Both the position numbers and the translations under genes were made by a program. The notes beneath the pieces were generated by a model, which did no database searches, had not been told where the DNA came from, and worked only from the letters and a program-made list of their open reading frames with translations. A stretch of DNA of 64,000 bases from an uncultured Gemmataceae bacterium (GTDB lineage Bacteria > Planctomycetota > Planctomycetia > Gemmatales > Gemmataceae): assembly GCA_963750165.1 (NCBI GenBank), contig CAVVPN010000003.1, forward strand, positions 2,528,001-2,592,000, given 5' to 3'. Positions 56,020 to 64,000 of this stretch are shown here, piece by piece. Each line of letters opens with the position of its first letter. Position 1 is the first letter of the stretch.

Positions 56020-57411
56020 TCACGGGGGCGAGGTGGGCAGGATTTCTTCATACTCGGAGTTGTCTTCGTGCTCGCCAACGCGCGCCGGCACGATGACGAG
56101 GTCGTCGTTCATCTCGGCGCGCGTGAACAGCTTGCGGAACTTGGTGATGAACAGGCCGGCTTGCAGGTGGCCGGTCAATTCCTGCAAGCGGCGCACGTCC
56201 TCGCTTGGGGCCTGGCGGACGAGGTAGCCGATGGGCCGCTCCTTGTGGGCCTTCTGCAGCCGGGCCTGGATGACCTTGCTGACCGCCTGGGCGCGGTTGG
56301 CGTTTTTGAGGTCCGCCTCGGTGAAGCCGTCATCGACGTTGGGCACCTTCTCGCTGTAGGGGGCGGCACCACGCAGCACCTTGATGTCGTTGTCGGTGAA
56401 CCGGCGGGCCCACTCCATCGTGGTGGCAACACGGCCCTGCTGGTTGGGTTGGGGCCGCTGGCCGGCAACGAAGGGGAAGCCCAACGCTTCGCCGCGCCTG
56501 AGCAACTGGGGGATCTGCCGGTCGATCGCTTTCAGCCAGTCGGCGCCCTTGCCCGGGAGCCCGCCAGGGGTGCAGCCCGACGCATCTTGCAGCATGGGCA
56601 CCCATTGATACTGGTAGCTCATGTCGTTCTGGAGATCGACCTTGAACGGCGCCTGCACATAGAACAGCGCCTCGGTCCTGTCCTTGACGGAGATCTGCGT
56701 GATCTTGAGCGGGTAGACCAGCTTGCCGCTGGCGAACTGGAAGCGCGTGGGCGTCACTTCTCCGGCATAGGAGCCGTCCTTGTTCTTCTTCATTTGCATG
56801 GTGTCAATCTTCATCACGGTGAAGACCCATTTCTTCTGCACGTAATGGTTCAGCGTCGCCTCATCCCCCGCGTAGCCGTACTTGTTGGCCTTCAGCCAGG
56901 CGAACAGCGCATCCGCCCGGTTGGCCTCGATGATCTTGTAATCCAGTGAACCGACGACACCCTGCTCCAGCACGACAACGGCGGAACTACTTTTGCTCCT
57001 CCGAGAATGCTCTTCTTCCTCTTCTTCCTCGTCCCAGTACCAACTCCAGTGAGGCCGACAGGCGGCCCTGAGCTTCCACAGCAACGTGGATTGCGGGAAC
57101 TTGCGTTGCTTGAGGATCGAGTACACCGCGAGGTGCTTGAAGAAGTCGCGCGGCATCTCGTGCAGCTTCGGCTGCGTGGGGGTCGGAATCACCATGCCGA
57201 AGTCCAGGGCGTTGCCCTCGAACCTGGGCTGCACCGTGAACGACTCCAGCTGTTTCGCCGGATCCCAGGTGATGAAGACTTTTTGCGCCGGCTGCAAAAT
57301 GTCTGCGTTCTGCGCCGAGAAGTAACAGCACGCCGCGTCCGCCGCGCATGGGGCCAGTCCACCCAGCGTGAGCACGGCCAGCGACCACCAACGGAAGTGC
57401 CTTCGGTCCAT
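56020..57411 (-). CDS. DUF2330 family protein, paralog 2
   Basis: AAAGGA SD, signal peptide, ACCYFSAQ...FTVQPRFEGNALDFGMVIPTP...ALFAWLKANKY. Confidence 0.85.
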   Translation of the reverse strand: MDRRHFRWWSLAVLTLGGLAPCAADAACCYFSAQNADILQPAQKVFITWDPAKQLESFTVQPRFEGNALDFGMVIPTPTQPKLHEMPRDFFKHLAVYSILKQRKFPQSTLLWKLRAACRPHWSWYWDEEEEEEEHSRRSKSSSAVVVLEQGVVGSLDYKIIEANRADALFAWLKANKYGYAGDEATLNHYVQKKWVFTVMKIDTMQMKKNKDGSYAGEVTPTRFQFASGKLVYPLKITQISVKDRTEALFYVQAPFKVDLQNDMSYQYQWVPMLQDASGCTPGGLPGKGADWLKAIDRQIPQLLRRGEALGFPFVAGQRPQPNQQGRVATTMEWARRFTDNDIKVLRGAAPYSEKVPNVDDGFTEADLKNANRAQAVSKVIQARLQKAHKERPIGYLVRQAPSEDVRRLQELTGHLQAGLFITKFRKLFTRAEMNDDLVIVPARVGEHEDNSEYEEILPTSPP

Positions 57412-57568
57412 CCGCGATTCCTTTCTGCAGCACGGGCGACGCAAGGGAGAACACTCCGCCAAGCATAGCCGCCCTGGTCCGGCGCCGCCAGCGCAATGCA
57501 AACGGCCGCAGCGCTCCTGCCCAGGTAGCGCTACGGTCGTTGCTGGCACTCAACATTTCTCAGCCGGC

Positions 57569-58972
57569 TCACGGGGGCGAGGTGGGCAGGATTTCTTCGT
57601 ACTCAGAGCTGTCCTCGTGCTCACCGACGCGCGCCGGCACAATCACGAGGTCGTCGTTCATCTCGTCGCGCGCGAAGAGCTTGCGGAACTTGGTGATGAA
57701 CAATCCCGCCTGGACGTGGCCGGTCAGTTCCTGTAAGCGGCGCACGTCCTCGCTGGGGGCGTGGCGCACCAGATAGCCGATGGGCCGCTCTTGCCGCGCC
57801 TTCTGCAGCCGGGCGTTGATGACCTTGCTGACGGCCTGGCTGCGCTTGGCGTCCTGGATGTCCGCTTTGGTGAAGCCCTCATCGACGTTGGGCAGCTTCT
57901 CGCTGTAGGGGGCATCGCCGCGCAGCACCTTGACATCGCTGTCGGTCAGCCGCCGCGCCCACTCCATCGTGGTCATGATGTGGCCCTGCTTGTTGGGCTG
58001 GGGGCGCCGGCCCGCCATGAAGGTGAAGCCGAGGTCCTGGCCGCGCTTGAGCAGCTGGGGCATTTGTTGCTGGATGGCCTTGAGCCAGTCGGCGCCCTTG
58101 CCGGGCAGGCCGCCGGGGGTGCAACCGCTGGCGGCCTGGAGCATGGGCACCCATTGATACTGGTAGCTCAGGTCGCCTTGCAGATCCACCTTGAACGGCG
58201 CCTGCACATAGAAGAGGGCTTCCGTCTTGTCCTTCACGGAAATCTGCGTGATCTTGAGCGGATAGACCAGCTTATCGGAGGCGAACTGGAAGCGCGTGGG
58301 CGTGACTTCGCCGGCATAGCTGCCGTCCTTGTTCTTCTTCATCTGCATGGTATCGATCTTCATGACCGTGAAGACCCACTTCTTCTGCACATAGAAGTTG
58401 AGCGTCGCCTCATCCCCCGCGTAGCTGTACTTGTTCGCTTTCAGCCAGGTGAACAGCGCGTCCGCCCGGTTGGCCTCAATGATCTTGTAGTCCAGCGAAC
58501 CGACCACGCCCTGCTCCAGCACGATCACTGCCGGCTTCTCTTGTTGCTGCTGCTCCGCGTCGGCTCCGGCCTGGCGTTTATTGGCCATCCCCGGAGCACT
58601 GCCCCGTCCCCCCTTGCCGTGGTACAGCGTCGGCAGCAGCTTGGAGTGAGGAAACTCGCGTTTCTTCATGATGGAGTAGACGGCGAGGTGCTTGAAGAAG
58701 TCGCGCGGCATCTCGTGCAACTTCGGCTGCGTCGGTGTCGGAATCACCATACCGAAGTCCAGGGCGTTGCCCTCGAACTTGGGTTGTACCGTGAACGACT
58801 CCAGCTTTTTGGCCGGGTCCCAGGTAATGAAGACTTTTTGCGCCGGCTGCAGAATATCGGCATTCTGCGCCGAGAAATAGCAGCACGCCGCCCGTGCGGC
58901 GGTGGGGCCGACCGCCAGCAGCGGCAGCGCCAGCAGCGCCGTCAACCAGGGGCCTTGTCGGAATCGGGGCAT
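57569..58972 (-). CDS. DUF2330 family protein, paralog 1
   Basis: AAAGGAG SD, signal peptide, same conserved core as the other two paralogs. Confidence 0.85.
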   Translation of the reverse strand: MPRFRQGPWLTALLALPLLAVGPTAARAACCYFSAQNADILQPAQKVFITWDPAKKLESFTVQPKFEGNALDFGMVIPTPTQPKLHEMPRDFFKHLAVYSIMKKREFPHSKLLPTLYHGKGGRGSAPGMANKRQAGADAEQQQQEKPAVIVLEQGVVGSLDYKIIEANRADALFTWLKANKYSYAGDEATLNFYVQKKWVFTVMKIDTMQMKKNKDGSYAGEVTPTRFQFASDKLVYPLKITQISVKDKTEALFYVQAPFKVDLQGDLSYQYQWVPMLQAASGCTPGGLPGKGADWLKAIQQQMPQLLKRGQDLGFTFMAGRRPQPNKQGHIMTTMEWARRLTDSDVKVLRGDAPYSEKLPNVDEGFTKADIQDAKRSQAVSKVINARLQKARQERPIGYLVRHAPSEDVRRLQELTGHVQAGLFITKFRKLFARDEMNDDLVIVPARVGEHEDSSEYEEILPTSPP

Positions 58973-59119
58973 GATGGTCCTCTCCTTTGCGGATGACACG
59001 TGTCGGATAGCAAGAGCCTAACTTACTTCATGACGATTGACAAGCCGCCGCGGATTGCGCGGCGTACACTGACCGGGTGCCGCCAGGGCACGGTCACTCG
59101 CCGGTAGTGAGGCCACCCC

Positions 59120-60586
59120 ATGTCGGAACCGTATCGCATTGTCATCGGCCTGGAAGTCCACGTGCAGCTGTTGACGCGCACCAAGCTCTTCTGCGGTTGC
59201 AGCACGCAGTTCGGTTTGCCGCCCAACTCGGCCACCTGTCCGGTGTGCATTGGCATGCCCGGTGTGTTGCCGGTCATGAACCGCCACGCCTTCGAGCTGG
59301 CCCTGCGTGCCGCCCTGGCCCTCAACTGCCACATCGCCCCGTTCACGAAATGGGACCGCAAGAATTATTACTATCCCGACCTGCCCAAGAACTATCAGAT
59401 CAGCCAGTACGACCTGCCGTTCAGCCACGACGGCTGGCTGGAGATCGAAACCGACCACGGCCCGAAGCGCGTGGGCCTGATTCGCGCCCATCTGGAGGAG
59501 GACGCCGGCAAGATGCTGCACGACGAGCACGGCCGCGGCGACAGCAAGGTCGATCTCAACCGCACCGGCACGCCGCTGGTGGAAATCGTCAGCAAGCCGG
59601 ACATGACCGCCCCGGAGGAGGCCCGCGCCTACCTCGAAGAACTGCGGCTGCTGCTGCGTGAGCTGGGCGTCTCGGACTGCGAGATGCAGGAGGGCAGTCT
59701 GCGCTGCGACGCCAACGTCAACCTGCACGTGTCGCGGCCCGACGGCGGCATGGACGCCACGCCCATCAGCGAGATCAAGAACCTCAACAGCATCCGCGGC
59801 GTTGAACACGCCCTGCGTTACGAGGCGGAACGGCAGTACGAGGAGTTCCGTCGCACCGGCGAGACGCTGAAACAGGGCTCCAAGCGCACCTACGGCTGGG
59901 ATGCGGCCCGCGGCGTCACGGTGCTGCAGCGTGCCAAGGAGGACGTGGCCGACTACCGCTATTTCCCGGAGCCGGACCTGGTGCCGGTGACGCTGACCGT
60001 GGAGGCGATTGAGCGGGCGCGGGCGACGCTGGGCGAGTTGCCGCAGGGCCAGTACGCCCGGTTGCAGAGCCAGTACGGGCTGTCGGCCTACGACGCGAAG
60101 GTGCTGACGCGGCAGGGGCGGGCGCTGGTGGCCTACTTCGAGGAAAGCGCCCTGCTCTCCGGCGACGCCAAGGAGGCGAGCAACTGGGTGACCAACCAGG
60201 TCCTGCAAACGCTCAACGAGCGCAACCTGGACGTGCGCGCCTTCCCGCTGTCGGCGGCGGCGCTGGCCGACCTCATCACCCAGCGCCGGGCGAAAAAGCT
60301 CAACGCCCAGCGGTCGCGCGAGGTCTACGCGCACATGCTGGAACACAACGTCGGGGCCGAGCCGGCCATGAAGGCGCTGGGCATCCAGGAAGGGCCGGAC
60401 GAGGGGCAGCTGCTCGACATCGTGCGCAAGGCAGTCGCGGCCAACGGCAAGGCAGTCGCGGACTACAAGAAGGGCAAGGTCAAGGCCGCCGACGCCATCA
60501 AGGGCGCCGTCATGCGCGAGACGCGCGGCATGGCCAACACCGAACTGGTGCAGAAACTGCTACAACAAGAGCTGGAAAAAACGTGA
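59120..60586 (+). CDS. gatB: Asp-tRNA(Asn)/Glu-tRNA(Gln) amidotransferase subunit B
   Basis: IGLEVHVQL, DRKNYYYPDLPKNYQISQ, HLEEDAGK, EGSLRCDANV, DYRYFPEPDL. Confidence 0.98.
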   Translation: MSEPYRIVIGLEVHVQLLTRTKLFCGCSTQFGLPPNSATCPVCIGMPGVLPVMNRHAFELALRAALALNCHIAPFTKWDRKNYYYPDLPKNYQISQYDLPFSHDGWLEIETDHGPKRVGLIRAHLEEDAGKMLHDEHGRGDSKVDLNRTGTPLVEIVSKPDMTAPEEARAYLEELRLLLRELGVSDCEMQEGSLRCDANVNLHVSRPDGGMDATPISEIKNLNSIRGVEHALRYEAERQYEEFRRTGETLKQGSKRTYGWDAARGVTVLQRAKEDVADYRYFPEPDLVPVTLTVEAIERARATLGELPQGQYARLQSQYGLSAYDAKVLTRQGRALVAYFEESALLSGDAKEASNWVTNQVLQTLNERNLDVRAFPLSAAALADLITQRRAKKLNAQRSREVYAHMLEHNVGAEPAMKALGIQEGPDEGQLLDIVRKAVAANGKAVADYKKGKVKAADAIKGAVMRETRGMANTELVQKLLQQELEKT

Positions 60587-60644
60587 GCCGTTCGCCACGG
60601 CGCGGGGCCGGGGTAGGCGGCGTCAGTCGCTGGAGGGGTGCGTT

Positions 60645-60998
60645 ATGTGGTTACGCATGAGCGGCGGTCTGCTGGTGGTTGTGGCCTTTACCGTCGGCAG
60701 CCTGGAGGGGCAGGACAAAAAAGCCCCTTTGGGGGTCAAGGAAATCGTCGGCAAGGTCAAGGTCGTGGACATGACCAAGAAAACGTTCACCATCACGCTG
60801 GCGGACGGTAAGGATCGCTTGTTCCAGGTCAAACCGGAAACGAAGTTCGTCGGCCCGAAGGGCGGCGTCAGCAAGGAGGGCCTCACGGACGATCGCATGG
60901 CCAAGGGCTACGAGATCAAGGTGACGCCGGCCAAGGACGAGAAGGTTGCCGCGGTGGTCAAGTTGCCGCTCCGCAAGAGCAAGGGCAAGGGCAACTAG
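60645..60998 (+). CDS. Small basic secreted hypothetical protein
   Basis: GGAGG SD, hydrophobic signal, GKVKVVD...FTITL...ETKFVGPKGG beta-rich body. Confidence 0.7.
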   Translation: MWLRMSGGLLVVVAFTVGSLEGQDKKAPLGVKEIVGKVKVVDMTKKTFTITLADGKDRLFQVKPETKFVGPKGGVSKEGLTDDRMAKGYEIKVTPAKDEKVAAVVKLPLRKSKGKGN

Positions 60999-61027
60999 CG
61001 GCCGCAGTTCGGCCGGCGAGGAAACGC

Positions 61028-61056
61028 CGCGGCCCCCGGTTCCTCCGGGGGCCGCG
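61028..61056. terminator. GC hairpin between convergent genes
   Basis: 12-bp stem CGCGGCCCCCGG/CCGGGGGCCGCG; no clear U tract. Confidence 0.45.
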
Positions 61057-61095
61057 TGTCCGCTTGCAAATCAGGGTCAGGTCAGGGAGAGTGCG

Positions 61096-62067
61096 TTAGC
61101 GACTGGTCTTCTTCGGGGCCGTGCGGTCGATGGCAAAACCGCTGGCCCGGGTGTCCTCGCCGTAAGCCGGGAAGGCGAACTGAGACGCTGGTTGCTGGAC
61201 GGGGCGATTGGAGTAGCCCACCAGCCGCAGCGTCGCCGGGGGCGCCGGCGCCGTCTTGGCGGGGTTGGGATTCACCTGCGGCATCGGCACCGGCGCGGTT
61301 GGGCCGCCGTCGTAGGGGTAGGTGCCGTCGCCGGGCTGCACTGGCGGCATCGGCGGCAGCGTGGTGCTGGAGCCGGAGATGCCGTACCGTTGCAGCGTGT
61401 TGCTGTAACCGTTGATGATGCTGTACTGCGGCGAGCCGTAGGGGACGACGCCCTGAGACACGCCGTAGGGCGCCACGCTCGCCAGGTAGGGCTGGTTGTA
61501 GGCGTATGGTGACAGGATGCCCGTGCTGCACCCGTAGTAACCGTAATACGGGTAGCCGGAGCCAGCGTAACCGTAATATGGGTAGCCGTAGCCGAGACCG
61601 TAGCCATAGCCGAGGCCGCCGTAGCCGAGACCGTAGCCAAGGCCATAGCCGCCGTAGCCGAGACCGTAACCGAGGCCGCCGTAGCCAAGGCCATAGCCGC
61701 CGTAGCCGAGGCCGCCGTAACCGAGGCCGTAGCCGCCGTAGAAGCCGCGATAGCCGCCGAAGCCGCCGTAGCCGCCGAAGCCACGGTAGCCGACGAACCC
61801 GCCGCGGAACCCGCCAAACCCACCGTGGAAGCCCCCGAACCCGCCGTGGAAGCCACCGTGGAAGCCGCCGCCGTGGAAGCCGCCGCCGTGGAAGCCGCGT
61901 ACCAACTCCGTGTCGGCCGCGGCCGAGCCGAGCGTGATCGTCTGGGCGCGGCTGGTGTCCGCCTTGAGCGTGTACACGTCCGATTTGGTGGTTTGAGCGT
62001 CGGCGACCTGAGCGCCGGCGAACAACGCCGCCACGCCGGCCAGGCCCGCCAGACTGCGAATGCACAT
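61096..62067 (-). CDS. Secreted Gly/Tyr-rich low-complexity protein
   Basis: GGAGG SD, signal peptide ending ADA-Q, GFHGG and GYG/GLG repeats, YPYDGGP motif and Pro-rich tail. Confidence 0.75.
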   Translation of the reverse strand: MCIRSLAGLAGVAALFAGAQVADAQTTKSDVYTLKADTSRAQTITLGSAAADTELVRGFHGGGFHGGGFHGGFHGGFGGFHGGFGGFRGGFVGYRGFGGYGGFGGYRGFYGGYGLGYGGLGYGGYGLGYGGLGYGLGYGGYGLGYGLGYGGLGYGYGLGYGYPYYGYAGSGYPYYGYYGCSTGILSPYAYNQPYLASVAPYGVSQGVVPYGSPQYSIINGYSNTLQRYGISGSSTTLPPMPPVQPGDGTYPYDGGPTAPVPMPQVNPNPAKTAPAPPATLRLVGYSNRPVQQPASQFAFPAYGEDTRASGFAIDRTAPKKTSR

Positions 62068-62246
62068 GGTCATGCCCTCCAGTAATGGAATGAGTATGCC
62101 AACCAGCTCCCCCTTATCATCCTGCTCCCTGACGGCGCTTCCGCTGGCATGCCATCTATGTTGCATTGTACCCAGCTGACCCGGCGTGTCAAACGCATCG
62201 TTCACAAGCCGATACTATCGCGGAGTCGTGGCGGTTGCAATGTGCG

Positions 62247-62993
62247 CTATCGCGGCAGGGGCCGTTGCAGCAGCGCCTGCACGACCTCGGCGGTGCGGTC
62301 GATGGCGGCCTGCAGGAACGCACGGCCCTTCTCGGCGGTCGCCAGTTCGGGGTAGCCGACGGCCCCCTGCTGCGTGCGCTGGTGCATGTCCTCGGCGAGG
62401 TACAGGCCGCGCAGGTCTGGATCGCTCGAATCGGGGTCGTTGCGGATTTCCTCATGCCAGACCAGGTCCGGCCGCAGCGCCAGCATCATCGACGTCTCGA
62501 ACTCACAGGCGTGGCCCATGACCTTGCGACCGCCCTCGGCCAGCGCCGCCAGCTCCTGCGCGGCCAGGTCCCAGTACGACGCCGCGGCCAGCTGGCGGTC
62601 GGTGTAGCGCGGTTGTAGCCGGCGCAGGGCCAGCTGCATGGTGTCGATGTTGCCGCCGTGGCCGTTCAGGATCAGCAGTCGTTGGTGGCCGTCGCGCAGC
62701 AGCGGTTCGAGCAGGTCGCAGAGCATGGCGACGTGGGTATCGACCTCGGCCGACAGGGTGGCGCCGAAGCGCAGGTGATGGGCGCTGGCGCCGAACCACT
62801 GCGTCGGCAACAGCAGCACCGACTCGGGCAGGCGGCGCTCGACGGCCTCGGCGACGGCGGTGACGAGGATGGTGTCCGTGAAGGTGGCCAGATGGCGGCT
62901 GTGCTGCTCGCAGGCGGCGATGGGCGCCAGGACGAGGGCGCGGTCGCGCGGCACCTGTCGCAACAGGGGCCAGGTCATTTCGTGGAATTTCAT
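62247..62993 (-). CDS. Creatininase family protein
   Basis: EMTWP, CEQHSRHLATFTD, GASAHH, LNGHGGN, GHACEFETS, ATAEKG. Confidence 0.92.
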   Translation of the reverse strand: MKFHEMTWPLLRQVPRDRALVLAPIAACEQHSRHLATFTDTILVTAVAEAVERRLPESVLLLPTQWFGASAHHLRFGATLSAEVDTHVAMLCDLLEPLLRDGHQRLLILNGHGGNIDTMQLALRRLQPRYTDRQLAAASYWDLAAQELAALAEGGRKVMGHACEFETSMMLALRPDLVWHEEIRNDPDSSDPDLRGLYLAEDMHQRTQQGAVGYPELATAEKGRAFLQAAIDRTAEVVQALLQRPLPR

Positions 62994-63184
62994 TGGGGTG
63001 GCTTCCCGGGGTTGGGGGCGAACTGTTCTGGGTGGGCCTGCCCAACCACACTCTGCTTCCTTTAGCTTCGAGCGGCACACCGGCACACCGAACTGCTCTT
63101 GCCGGACGGTGTCCGCAACGGCATACTCCGCGGCCCGGCGGGGTGCGTCAACAGAAAACCGGCAGGACAGCGAAAGGTGCGGAC

Positions 63185-63586
63185 ATGAAGCGACGGCACA
63201 ACGTACCCTGGCTGTGGCTGATCGGAGCGGCGGCGCTGGTGGCGGGCTGTTCAAAGCAGGACACGGAGGGCCTGGGCCGTGTCGGTCGCAAGACGGCGGC
63301 GCGCTGCGAGGTCGTGACCGCTGGCGTCCAGCAGACGGTGCAGCGCGGCTGTGCGGGCATCTGGAGTGCGTGGGAGTCGGCGGCGCTGGAGACGCGCGTG
63401 TCGGCTCGGCTGCGCTGGGAGAAGAGTCTGTCGGAAGTCGCCGTCGAGGTTCGGGCCACGGGTAAGACGGTCGAACTGCGCGGCCGGGTGCGGGACGAGC
63501 AGCAAAAGCAGCGGGCCGCGGAGGTGGCGGCAGCGACGCTCGGCGTGGAAAAGGTGGAGAACCTGCTGACGGTGGCGAAAGAGTGA
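63185..63586 (+). CDS. BON domain lipoprotein
   Basis: Lipobox LVAGC; RVSARLRWEK...VELRGRV...GVEKVENLL. Confidence 0.85.
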   Translation: MKRRHNVPWLWLIGAAALVAGCSKQDTEGLGRVGRKTAARCEVVTAGVQQTVQRGCAGIWSAWESAALETRVSARLRWEKSLSEVAVEVRATGKTVELRGRVRDEQQKQRAAEVAAATLGVEKVENLLTVAKE

Positions 63587-63593
63587 GCGGTTT

Positions 63594-63635
63594 CGATTTA
63601 TCGGTTCGCGCGGGCCGGAGCGAACCGATAAATCG
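63594..63635. repeat. Inverted repeat between convergent genes
   Basis: 16-bp stem CGATTTATCGGTTCGC/GCGAACCGATAAATCG. Confidence 0.65.
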
Positions 63636-63646
63636 GCAACGCCGCC

Positions 63647-64000
63647 TCAGCGGCAGACGTAGCCGCCATCCACGACGAGCGTTTCGCCGGTGATGTAGCT
63701 GCCGGCGTCGCTGGCCAGCAGCAGTGCCGGGCCGACCAGTTCGTTGGGGTCGCCCCAGCGGCCCAGGGCGGTCATCTGCGCGAAGCGTTGCTTCTCCGCG
63801 TCGGTCAGCAACCGGCCGGGCAGGTCGGTCAGGAACGGCCCCGGAGCGATGCAGTTCACGGTGACGCCGAACGGCCCCAGCTCCACGGCGTTGGCCTTCG
63901 CCATCGCGATCAGCGCCGCCTTGGTCGCCGAGTAGGCGGCGCGGCCGGCGTTGGACACCAGCCCCATGATCGACGAAATGTGAATGATCCGTCCCCAGCG
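63647..64000 (-). CDS. SDR family oxidoreductase, 5'-partial
   Basis: RWGRIIHISSIMG, catalytic YSATK, VNCIAPG, SYITGETLVVDGG. Confidence 0.92.
   Translation of the reverse strand, partial: RWGRIIHISSIMGLVSNAGRAAYSATKAALIAMAKANAVELGPFGVTVNCIAPGPFLTDLPGRLLTDAEKQRFAQMTALGRWGDPNELVGPALLLASDAGSYITGETLVVDGGYVCR

Noticed and set aside
43144..60346. Antisense ORFs 43144..46233, 48759..50696, 51226..53649 and 59018..60346 (likewise 1825..3300)
   Set aside because: Each overlaps a well-supported gene on the opposite strand and shows no family motifs.
61096..62993. Creatininase (MftE-like) plus Gly-rich protein as a RiPP cluster
   Set aside because: No radical SAM, YcaO or other maturase nearby, and the Gly-rich protein is large with a Sec-type signal.

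Overview
GC-rich bacterial DNA, most likely Planctomycetota (Gemmataceae-like), judged from DUF1501, DUF1592/DUF1552, an LEPR-XLL leader and planctomycete-type palindromic repeats. The window is dominated by one giant gene at 4822-42318 (+). It appears as three ORFs, but two single-base indels (about 11943 and 37784) cancel out, giving a reconstructed ~12,498-aa surface protein. Its order is: LEPR-XLL N-terminus; ~10,000 aa of autotransporter-associated beta-strand (PATR) repeats carrying inserted PA14, phage-tail-like and small beta-barrel modules; 16 Ig-like repeats; and a cohesin-dockerin-cohesin C-terminus. It has no beta-barrel and no neighbouring exporter, and is preceded by a ~520-nt hairpin-rich leader. 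Downstream are: a scar of truncated ankyrin and MazF genes; a DUF1592-DUF1552 pair split by a PemK toxin-antitoxin module; a molybdopterin oxidoreductase; four atypical tRNAs with a REP-like palindrome; a G8-domain protein; Hsp20; three tandem DUF2330 paralogs; gatB; a Gly/Tyr-rich secreted protein; a creatininase-family gene; a BON lipoprotein; and a partial SDR. All six apparent frameshifts in otherwise intact genes fall at GCGC, which suggests a systematic sequencing error at a methylated motif. Family assignments come from motif recognition by eye; no database searches were run.
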